DNA of 54,872 nt, taken from Campylobacterota bacterium (GTDB taxonomy: Bacteria > Campylobacterota > Campylobacteria > Campylobacterales > Sulfurovaceae). The stretch spans positions 1-54,872 of the forward strand of contig JAYEOM010000027.1 of NCBI GenBank assembly GCA_034722955.1. The letters run 5' to 3'. Numbering within the stretch: the first letter of the stretch is position 1; every line of letters begins with the position of its first letter. A program made the position numbers and the translations under genes. This document shows positions 47,769 to 54,872 of this stretch, piece by piece. Under the pieces are notes generated by a model that did no database searches, was not told where the DNA came from, and saw only the letters and a list, made by a program, of their open reading frames with translations.

Positions 47769-48179
47769 TTGACATACTTCATACTCTTTTCTGTCTCCCT
47801 GCTGGCTGCTACCATTCTTCCCATATCAAGCGAAGCAACCTTACTCTACTATCTCAATGAAGGCAAATCAGCCTGGATACTCTTGATAGTCGCAGGAACA
47901 GGAAATGTATTAGGATCTATCATCAACTATCTGATAGGCAAAAGAGGGGTAGATTATCTGATCGATCACAAGAAGATCACAGCAGATAGGATAGAGAAGA
48001 GCGAACTGTTTTTCAGAAAATATGGTATCTTTGCCCTTCTGCTCTCATGGGTACCTATCATCGGAGATCCTTTGACATTTGTTGCAGGTATGCTACATTA
48101 TGATTTCAAGAAGTTTGTGCTGATTGTTTCGATAGCAAAGTTTGGACGGTATCTTATAGTTATCTCTCTATTTATTTAA
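47769..48179 (+). CDS. YqaA-family (DedA/SNARE-associated superfamily) membrane protein
   Basis: AATILPISSEATLLYYL and GTGNVLGSIINYLIGKRG are typical YqaA motifs. The start is TTG with a weak SD. Confidence 0.65.
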   Translation: MTYFILFSVSLLAATILPISSEATLLYYLNEGKSAWILLIVAGTGNVLGSIINYLIGKRGVDYLIDHKKITADRIEKSELFFRKYGIFALLLSWVPIIGDPLTFVAGMLHYDFKKFVLIVSIAKFGRYLIVISLFI

Positions 48180-49085
48180 CCCTCCCATTTTTTTGAGTAG
48201 TACTCTCTTGATCATCTTTATAAAACCTCTAGGAGATAGTATCTCTATATTTGGCAACCACTTTATGATTAGCTCCTCTAGCTCTCGTAGGTTACTTACG
48301 GTATAGTGTACCTCTATATCTCCATTGTCATAAGTACGGATCACCTCTTGACTAGGTAGATATTTTTTAAAGAGGAAAAAGCGTCTCACTCTCTTGTCTA
48401 CCCTAAGCCTCACTACTATCTCCTCCTTGCCAAAAGCAGCAAATGGAGTCTGAATACGGGTGATAAAACTACTCATATCTCTATATATATAAAATACATT
48501 TTTGGTACTCACAACCTCCTCTATCATCGAGATACGCAGAAACTCAAAGCAATCTTTAGAGATATTCTCACCTACTAGATAGAAGTTTTCATTGAGAAAT
48601 AGTATCTTGTAGGGGTGAAATCTTCGCTGGGTTTTGATGCGTTCAGTCATATATACTATCTTTATCTCTTTTTTGAACCTGATAGAGTGCTCTAGCTTTT
48701 TAAGTACCTCTCTGTTTTGCATATTTTCAAATGGACGGGACTTGAAGTCGTAAACCTCTAGAGATGTTTTGATAAGTCCCTTGGTCTTCTCAGATATCAG
48801 ACTCTGCTTATCTGTCATACCAAAAAGATTGACTATATTTGCCAGAGTCATCAGATCTGTAGCACTCAACACATCCTCTAGCAGTACCCTCCTATACCCC
48901 TGATAACACTCCCCATCTTTAGTCATAAAATCCCCAAACAGCTCACGAATCAGTTCAAAATCCCTACGAATAGTCCTATCACTCACCTCATAAGCAGTAG
49001 CTAAATTGGTCACGCAGAGTTTTTTGCCATCATTGAGGTCTTTTAGTATCTCTATGGTGCGGTATAGGCTGGATTTTTGGCTCAT
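48168..49085 (-). CDS. HTH-WYL-WCX transcriptional regulator
   Basis: N-terminal wHTH (LYRTIEILKDL...VSDRTIRRDFELIRE). Central WYL-like region (HPYKILFLNENFYLVGE). C-terminal extension (ELEELIIKWLPNIEILSP). Confidence 0.8.
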   Translation of the reverse strand: MSQKSSLYRTIEILKDLNDGKKLCVTNLATAYEVSDRTIRRDFELIRELFGDFMTKDGECYQGYRRVLLEDVLSATDLMTLANIVNLFGMTDKQSLISEKTKGLIKTSLEVYDFKSRPFENMQNREVLKKLEHSIRFKKEIKIVYMTERIKTQRRFHPYKILFLNENFYLVGENISKDCFEFLRISMIEEVVSTKNVFYIYRDMSSFITRIQTPFAAFGKEEIVVRLRVDKRVRRFFLFKKYLPSQEVIRTYDNGDIEVHYTVSNLRELEELIIKWLPNIEILSPRGFIKMIKRVLLKKMGGLNK

Positions 49086-49097
49086 AGTTTATCTTTA

Positions 49098-49343
49098 TTA
49101 CAAAAAAGGATTGTGCAATCTATCTATGAAAAAATCAAAATCACTCTCTTCTCTAATCTCTTGTTGCCACTTCTCAGGGTCTTTGATGCGACCATTTAAG
49201 ATATCAAAAGCATAATTTTGACTGTTGGGTGATTTATCCTCCCGAATGACTTCAATTTGATTATTTGGAAAATCTTGAAGTAGTTTTATAATCTTGTTTA
49301 TATATTCATCGTTGGCTTTGATCGTTAGTGTCTCTGTCATCAT
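49098..49343 (-). CDS. hypothetical 81-aa acidic protein
   Basis: A strong AAGGAG 4-7 nt before the tandem ATG ATG. I recognise no family. It lies 12 nt upstream of the WYL gene. Confidence 0.6.
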   Translation of the reverse strand: MMTETLTIKANDEYINKIIKLLQDFPNNQIEVIREDKSPNSQNYAFDILNGRIKDPEKWQQEIREESDFDFFIDRLHNPFL

Positions 49344-49367
49344 ATCACTCCTTCTATCTTTTAAACT

Positions 49368-49376
49368 ATTTTAGCA
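49368..49376 (-). promoter_or_regulatory. extended -10 (TGCTAAAAT) candidate promoter for orf81-WYL
   Basis: The minus strand reads TGCTAAAAT 24 nt upstream of the orf81 ATG, inside the 69-nt prfH-orf81 gap. Confidence 0.35.
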
Positions 49377-49412
49377 TATATTTTATTTTTTATCTATTTT
49401 TCACAAGTACTG

Positions 49413-50003
49413 TCAAGCCTCTTCAAACCCACTCCCCACAAATACCTTCACCGCTTCCCCTCTGCTGACTGTTTTTCCCTCTCTCCAGAGTTTTTGTCTA
49501 TTGTGAGAAATACTCTGTTGTTTCAATAGTTGTACTTTGTGGAGAAGTCTGCTTAGGGCTATTTTTTTGTTTTGGTGTTGGCTTCGCTCTTCGTAGCTGA
49601 TGGCTTCTACTCCCGATGGTGGATAGATGGCTCGTACTCCGCTACAGGTAGTGTTGACATGTTGACCGCCTTTTTTAGGGCTTTTCATCGTTTGGTAGAT
49701 GATCTTTTGTCTATCTATCTGATGAGTATGGGTCTGGCTGTAACAAGATAGAGAGAAGTACCAGTTTTTGCGTTTGTGTTTGGGGCGAAAGGGGCTTTGG
49801 GATCTCCAGAGGAGTGTCCCAGCTAGGGCGAGGATTCTGCTATCATCGCTTTGTAGGAGTATAGAGCGGTAACATCTGGTACAACTACCCTCATCCAGCT
49901 CTATCACTTCAAATGCAAACTCTCCATCTATCCATCGCAGAAAATGCCACAATGCCCTACAGACCTCATCTACTCCATTGCCACTACTGATATGTACCAG
50001 CAT
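49413..50003 (-). CDS. prfH: peptide chain release factor H-like protein
   Basis: GGQ motif (SPKKGGQHVNTTCSGVR). Short (about 196 aa) RF-like protein with no codon-recognition domain. The ATG overlaps the rtcB TGA (TGATG) and sits 5 nt after AAGGAG. Confidence 0.85.
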   Translation of the reverse strand: MLVHISSGNGVDEVCRALWHFLRWIDGEFAFEVIELDEGSCTRCYRSILLQSDDSRILALAGTLLWRSQSPFRPKHKRKNWYFSLSCYSQTHTHQIDRQKIIYQTMKSPKKGGQHVNTTCSGVRAIYPPSGVEAISYEERSQHQNKKIALSRLLHKVQLLKQQSISHNRQKLWREGKTVSRGEAVKVFVGSGFEEA

Positions 50004-51073
50004 CACGACTCCTTGTAGGTGAGAATAGGACGAAACGAGGCGATGACTCTAGCCAAACCAGCCTCTACCAAATCATCTATAACCACATCTATATTTTTAT
50101 AGGCTTGTGGTGCCTCTTCGTATAGGAGTTTGCTATCCGAACAGATGACACGAGAGCCTATAGAGCTGCGTTTTAGATGCTTCTTGGTATATCTGTTGCG
50201 TAGTTTGGCTTCAGCACTGCTCCGCTCCCACTTTCTGCCTGCACCGTGAGCTAGAGAGTAGTTGGAGAGTGATGTGGTATCTGTAGGCATCACTAGATAG
50301 CTGAGGCTTCCACGACTCCCTGCGATGATGACTGCTCCACTATCTGTCGGCGTGGCTCCTTTACGGTGAAGCCAGTTATCATCTTGCTTGATGATAGAGT
50401 TGTGTGCTGTGTCACTGATAGGTTTTGGCATCACATCTAACCGGATAGCTTTTAGTAGCTTGCGGGCTATCTCTGCTCGACTATGTTTGGCATACAGTAT
50501 CGCTTGGTTGTGTTTTTGGAGATACTCCTGTGCCTTTGAACTCTGAGCATCCATCCCCTCGCTTGGCTCATAGCCCCCTGCTACAGAGTCGAAGACCATC
50601 TGCCCAAACGCACGAGAACCACTATGTATCAAAACATACAAAGAGCTATCATTTAACTCCAACTTCTCAAATATCTCCCTATCTATGACCTCATCTACGA
50701 GGTGTAGCTCTGCAAAGTGGTTACCTTTGCCTATACTCCCTAGATGATAACCTAGCCGTGGCATATCAACCTCTATATCATCTAGTGACTCTAGCCGTGA
50801 GAGTTGCTTGACAAACTTATCTACCTTTATCTTGCGAGGCTTTACACTCACCTCAAAGAGACTCATCCCACACCCTATATCTCCACCGATAAGATGTGGA
50901 TATATTCTATCCCTGACCACTATTGCCATCCCATTTGGCACATACCCCACACTCAGATCAGGAAGCCCCACAATATGCTGAACCCCTCTAAAATGTGTTA
51001 TCTTCTCTAGTGTCTCTACACTTCGTGAGTCAATCCAGTTACTCTTTGAAGCGATAATCTTTAACTTGTCCAT
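50003..51073 (-). CDS. rtcB: RtcB-family RNA ligase, release-factor-H-coupled subtype (RtcB2)
   Basis: GGDIGCGM, GKGNHFAELH, HSGSRAFG, AHNSI and HGAGRKW match the RtcB metal and GTP/His-guanylylation motifs. It is shorter than canonical RtcB, as expected for the PrfH-coupled clade. Confidence 0.9.
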   Translation of the reverse strand: MDKLKIIASKSNWIDSRSVETLEKITHFRGVQHIVGLPDLSVGYVPNGMAIVVRDRIYPHLIGGDIGCGMSLFEVSVKPRKIKVDKFVKQLSRLESLDDIEVDMPRLGYHLGSIGKGNHFAELHLVDEVIDREIFEKLELNDSSLYVLIHSGSRAFGQMVFDSVAGGYEPSEGMDAQSSKAQEYLQKHNQAILYAKHSRAEIARKLLKAIRLDVMPKPISDTAHNSIIKQDDNWLHRKGATPTDSGAVIIAGSRGSLSYLVMPTDTTSLSNYSLAHGAGRKWERSSAEAKLRNRYTKKHLKRSSIGSRVICSDSKLLYEEAPQAYKNIDVVIDDLVEAGLARVIASFRPILTYKES

Positions 51074-51146
51074 ATAGTCTCCATGGTTTTGTTTTGTCTA
51101 TTTGTATTCTCTGGTTTAGTTGTTTTTGTTTTTTGATATGTCTCAT
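51039..51146 (-). CDS. candidate 35-codon leader ORF overlapping the rtcB start
   Basis: AAGGAG-ttcca-ATG at 51146. It encodes MRHIKKQKQLNQRIQIDKTKPWRLYGQVKDYRFKE. It ends 35 nt inside rtcB in another frame. Confidence 0.35.
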   Translation of the reverse strand: MRHIKKQKQLNQRIQIDKTKPWRLYGQVKDYRFKE

Positions 51147-51232
51147 TGGAACTCCTTATTTTATATGGAAGATGATACAATATTTTGGTGACATATTTTG
51201 TCCAGTAGAAAATTGTTAAATATTATTGGAAA

Positions 51233-51256
51233 GTTTATCTCCTTGGGGTAGCCTAA
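51233..51256 (-). repeat. 24-nt element, copy C
   Basis: The minus strand reads TTAGGCTACCCCAAGGAGATAAAC, identical to 11619-11642. It lies 85 nt downstream of the aminotransferase stop. Confidence 0.9.
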
Positions 51257-51341
51257 GTTAGATTTGGTATTAGATGGTGTAGATAGTACAAAATACCCTA
51301 TGGACATTTAATCAGATGCATCATATAGCACCCTTTGGCTT

Positions 51342-52457
51342 TTACTCTTGCTCTAAGATACTCCTGCGGATCAATCCACAAACTCTTTTGACATCTTCTC
51401 TGCTCATCTTGGTTCCGCTAGGTAGACATAGACCACGATAGAAAAGATCTCTACTTGTGCCATTGGAAACACTCAGTGAATCTTTAAAAAGAGGTTGCAT
51501 ATGCATAGGCTTCCATAGTGGTCTACTTTCGCAGCCATCTAGCTTGAGTCTATCTATGATATCATCTATGTTTACACCATCTCTAAAGAGCAGTGTCGTT
51601 AGCCATCTGTTGCCATGACTTTTGGCTAGTTCTGGCATCCACTCCACATCAAGATCCTTGAGTTCATCTCTATACCACTCAAATATCTCTCTCTTCTTCT
51701 CTACCCTCTCCTCTATAACTTCCATCTGCCCTACACCTATAGCAGCAAGGAGATTACTCATACGGTAGTTGTACCCATACTCTAGATACTCATAGTGCAG
51801 CATATCCTCTTTGGCCTGTGTACTGTAAAACTTGGCTTTAGCTATCCACTCTGCATTGTCACTCACTAGCATACCACCGCCACTAGTCGTCACTATTTTG
51901 TTGCCATTAAATGAGTAGATGCCAAAATCCCCAAATGTTCCTGTATGCTTGCCACCATATGTAGCACCCAGCGACTCTGCTGCATCTTCTATGAGATAGA
52001 CACCATACTCTCTGCAGATTGATGCTATCTGCTCTATCTCTGCTGATTGTCCATATATATGAGTCAGGATCAAAGCTTTTGGTCTCTTTGTGGCAGTTTT
52101 CAAGTACTCTTTGAGAAGTTTAGGGTCAAGGTTCCAACTCTCTCTTTCGCTATCTATGAAGATTGGATTGGCATGTTGGTATAGGATAGGAGATACAGAA
52201 CCTATGAAAGTAAAAGTAGATGCCAAGACATCATCATCTTTGCCTATCCCCAAAACCCTCAAAGCCAAGTGGATAGCAGCAGTGCCACAAGTCACAGCCA
52301 ATGCATTTTTGGTACCAGTATAGTTGCAGATAGATGCTTCAAATCTATCTACGAACTCACCACCAGGAGCGATATAGTTACTCTCAAATACTTCATCTAT
52401 ATATTTGTGTTCATTGTTACTCATATGTGGAGGAGATAGGAAAAGTTTTTTATGCAT
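51342..52457 (-). CDS. DegT/DnrJ/EryC1/StrS-family sugar aminotransferase (PLP-dependent)
   Basis: LSPPHMS..., DVLASTFTF and the PLP-lysine context SFNGNKIVTTSGGGML. Confidence 0.9.
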   Translation of the reverse strand: MHKKLFLSPPHMSNNEHKYIDEVFESNYIAPGGEFVDRFEASICNYTGTKNALAVTCGTAAIHLALRVLGIGKDDDVLASTFTFIGSVSPILYQHANPIFIDSERESWNLDPKLLKEYLKTATKRPKALILTHIYGQSAEIEQIASICREYGVYLIEDAAESLGATYGGKHTGTFGDFGIYSFNGNKIVTTSGGGMLVSDNAEWIAKAKFYSTQAKEDMLHYEYLEYGYNYRMSNLLAAIGVGQMEVIEERVEKKREIFEWYRDELKDLDVEWMPELAKSHGNRWLTTLLFRDGVNIDDIIDRLKLDGCESRPLWKPMHMQPLFKDSLSVSNGTSRDLFYRGLCLPSGTKMSREDVKRVCGLIRRSILEQE

Positions 52458-52561
52458 TAATTGTTCTCTTTATAGATATGTTATTTGCATTCTAGCAAAG
52501 AATGACTTAGTAGCTGGATATTCCAACAAAACAGACGATTTGTACCACTGCAATAGAGTTG

Positions 52562-53548
52562 TCACTCATCAATATGCAATGCTTTCTTTATATTGATAGC
52601 CCTAGCTATTAGATATAGAAACAATATACTAACTAGAAACAAAACTAACTCTAATGAGGGGTTATTCATAGCTAGCCAAGCAAGGATAAAAAGAGTAGTA
52701 TTGATGATCACAGAGTAGATTACAACTCTGCTATGACTCCATCCACTCTGGGTGAGTTTCTGGTAAGCATGTTTTCTATGTGCCTTTAAGAGATGCTCCC
52801 TATTTCTATATCGCCTGTAGAGCGTAAAGGTAGCATCAAACCAAAATAGAGCAAATAGTATTAACCAGATGATGATTGAGGTGCCATGATTTTGGTAATA
52901 TATGGCAAAGATGGCGATATTGTATCCTAGAAGTGTACTCCCTGCATCCCCCATAAAGATCTTCGCCTTATGCCAGTTCCAAACCAAAAATCCCAAGACG
53001 GAAGCGACGAATACCAAAAAGTGGACTTCACCGAAGAGTAGATAGCCAGCGATGCCCAAGAAGACGGCTTCACTTCCTGCATATCCGTCTATGCCGTCGA
53101 GAAAATTATAGAGGTTGATGAACCAGATGATGGCGATGACGGCTATGGTGTTGGTGATGATCTGATTTTCTATCGTGAAGAGTCCAAAGTCGAGTACGTT
53201 CAAGCCGCCTAAAAACCAGAGCCCCGCCAGCGCTGAAAAAAGCTGCGCCGCAATCCTCACCTTCGGTCTCAGTTCATACAGATCATCCAGATAACTGACC
53301 AGTGCGATCACCGCTCCGGCCATCAAGGCATAAAATAGGTCTGATGAGATCTGATCAACAGCGAACAGATAGCCAATGCCGGCAAACCAAGTCACAGCGA
53401 TGGCCGTACCCCCGCCATGAGGCGTAGGTGCCGCATGCGAACTCCTGTCATTGGGGATATCCATCAGCGACTTTTTGATGGCATAGTTTTTTACCAAGTA
53501 TGTTAACCCGAATGACAATATAAACAATACTATATAAACATTCAACAT
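52562..53548 (-). CDS. MraY/WecA/WbpL-family (GT4) undecaprenyl-phosphate sugar-phosphate transferase, second copy
   Basis: IPNDRSSH, YLDD, NFLDGIDGYA and IFMGDAGS. Confidence 0.85.
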   Translation of the reverse strand: MLNVYIVLFILSFGLTYLVKNYAIKKSLMDIPNDRSSHAAPTPHGGGTAIAVTWFAGIGYLFAVDQISSDLFYALMAGAVIALVSYLDDLYELRPKVRIAAQLFSALAGLWFLGGLNVLDFGLFTIENQIITNTIAVIAIIWFINLYNFLDGIDGYAGSEAVFLGIAGYLLFGEVHFLVFVASVLGFLVWNWHKAKIFMGDAGSTLLGYNIAIFAIYYQNHGTSIIIWLILFALFWFDATFTLYRRYRNREHLLKAHRKHAYQKLTQSGWSHSRVVIYSVIINTTLFILAWLAMNNPSLELVLFLVSILFLYLIARAINIKKALHIDE

Positions 53549-54403
53549 TTAAAATTTACCATTTAACATTAGCTTGATCCCCTCTTGCGTACTTACCCTG
53601 TTCTCAAAGCCAAGCATCTTTTTTGTCCAGCTGTTATCTACTTCCAGACTCTCATAAAGCCGCTTGTAAAATGATGGCTTGACTGATTTCAACAGCTGCG
53701 GAAAGAGCGGAAGAGCGAGCAGCGTTACTCTCCTGCCTCTCACCTTGGCGATGATCTTTATCAGCTCCGTTGTAGAGACCGGCTGATCATCACCGGCCAG
53801 AAAAGTGCCTCCTGTTTTACTTTCACATAGCCTCTCGATCATATCGCAGAGATTGCCGATGTAGACCATGCTTCGCCTATTGTCGATGCCGCCGAAAGGC
53901 AGGACGGGCACTTTATCTACCAGTTTTACCAGGTTGAGGATGTTTGCCTTCACCCCTTTGCCGTAGACGATAGGGGTACGGAGTATAGAAACGATAAAGT
54001 CATCATCTTCCATCTCCCTGAGCCGGTTTTCGGCTTCGAGTTTACTAATGCCGTAATCATCCAGGGGCTTGCATTTCGTTGTTTCCGTATATGACCCATC
54101 AGTCTCTTCACCATAGACTTTGACACTGCTCATAAAGATAAGCTGCTTCACGCCGCTCTGCTTCGCTTTCTGCGCTAATGCCAGCGTATTGTCCACATTG
54201 ACCCTCTGGTACTCCTCTTTTGCCGCTCCGCCCATTTGGTGTACCAGCGCCGAAAGATGCACGACGGTATCGATCTGTGTAAGATCCAGGCTATCCAGTT
54301 CATCCTTTAAAAAAGAGAAAGTCTCTATATTATACCTGTCGCTGTAGTTGCTTTGAAAATAGCTGCCTATGAAGCCGGAGCTTCCTGTGAGTAGAAGTTT
54401 CAT
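53549..54403 (-). CDS. NAD-dependent epimerase/dehydratase (SDR family)
   Basis: TGSSGFIGS Rossmann motif and the YGISK catalytic YxxxK. Its stop abuts the downstream ATG. Confidence 0.85.
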   Translation of the reverse strand: MKLLLTGSSGFIGSYFQSNYSDRYNIETFSFLKDELDSLDLTQIDTVVHLSALVHQMGGAAKEEYQRVNVDNTLALAQKAKQSGVKQLIFMSSVKVYGEETDGSYTETTKCKPLDDYGISKLEAENRLREMEDDDFIVSILRTPIVYGKGVKANILNLVKLVDKVPVLPFGGIDNRRSMVYIGNLCDMIERLCESKTGGTFLAGDDQPVSTTELIKIIAKVRGRRVTLLALPLFPQLLKSVKPSFYKRLYESLEVDNSWTKKMLGFENRVSTQEGIKLMLNGKF

Positions 54404-54872
54404 TTTTTAAAAAGCTCCAATATTTTTTTCGGGTACTTGGAGTAGATCTTCGCCAGACTCGTCCTGATCCCATTTTCATGGCAGGCGCGCAAGATCTCTT
54501 TATTTAAGATCCAGTTGCTTTTCAAATTGCTTGTGCTCACTCCCCCCATTCTCATCACCGTTAAAACAGCATCGATATAGCTGTATGAGAGGCTGTTTTT
54601 ATGCAGGAATCTTATAAGCAGCTCATAATCCGCTGCAATTATATAGTCGGTCTTATAGAGGCCGAATCTGTCATAGAACTCTTTTTTTACGAAAAATGTC
54701 GGATGTGCCGGCATCCAGCCATAAGCAAATTTTGACGGTTTGAATTTTTTGGAAGAGTATCGTCTGACATACTTATTAAGATTATCAGGTTTCACATAGA
54801 CCAAATCGGCGAAAACAGAATCTACCTTCTTTTCTTCAAACTCTTTTACAACTCTAGAGATCACCTCATCAT
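54400..54872 (-). CDS. glycosyltransferase family 2, C-terminal part (the N-terminus lies beyond the window end)
   Basis: The frame is open to the window edge. WMPAHPTFFVKKEFY...AADYELLIRFL is typical of the GT2 C-terminal half. There is a 4-nt overlap with the epimerase start. Confidence 0.65.
   Translation of the reverse strand, partial: DEVISRVVKEFEEKKVDSVFADLVYVKPDNLNKYVRRYSSKKFKPSKFAYGWMPAHPTFFVKKEFYDRFGLYKTDYIIAADYELLIRFLHKNSLSYSYIDAVLTVMRMGGVSTSNLKSNWILNKEILRACHENGIRTSLAKIYSKYPKKILELFKK

Noticed and set aside
51147-51300. 48-codon minus-strand ORF (MSIGYFVLSTPSNTKSNLGYPKEI...) that would read through copy C of the 24-nt element
   Set aside because: There is no SD before its ATG. The element is in a different frame relative to copy A, so the shared 24-mer is not conserved as coding sequence.

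Overview
This 54.9-kb chromosomal segment has about 40% GC. It most likely comes from a Campylobacterota (epsilonproteobacterial, Sulfurovum/Sulfurimonas-like) genome. Three things point there: tyrS-spoT-rpoZ-pyrH synteny, a TrmB with a long N-terminal extension, and TGnTATAAT-type promoters.

Both ends of the window carry surface-glycan loci that read inward. The left locus (2-11622, + strand) encodes deacetylase-like, formyltransferase, EpsG-like polymerase and two GT4 proteins. It also holds a reverse-strand nucleotidyltransferase, a small beta-barrel, Wzc, a CpsB-type phosphatase, Wza and a WecA-like initiating transferase. The right locus (51342-54872, - strand) encodes GT2, epimerase, a second WecA/WbpL-like GT4 and a DegT-type aminotransferase.

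The region between them is mostly housekeeping:
- apt, rpiB, lepB, folD, nhaC, tonB, hemL
- an amino-acid ABC transporter
- amidase, tyrS, spoT, rpoZ, pyrH
- envC-ftsX-ftsE, trmB, rluD-like, ttcA-like, mtnN, metG

The most notable accessory content:
1. A co-directional RtcB2-PrfH RNA/ribosome-repair pair, followed by an 81-aa orphan and a WYL regulator and preceded by a strong-SD 35-codon leader ORF (48168-51146).
2. A 24-nt element present as two exact copies and one degenerate copy, always at the 3' end of a gene or operon. The copies bracket both the inner borders of the two glycan loci and a 6.8-kb accessory block.
3. A perfect (GGATAT)x10 microsatellite encoding the (GY)10 phospho-acceptor tail of Wzc.
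4. A decayed AAA-ATPase/DUF4276-like cassette in an AT-rich pocket (17172-17883).
5. A lipoprotein made of four 132-nt tandem repeats, next to a secreted protein with an extremely basic tail.
6. A radical SAM/SPASM operon with two secreted DUF4412-like proteins.

I found no tRNA, rRNA, CRISPR array, transposase or integrase by eye. All functional calls rest on motif recognition from memory, not on database searches.
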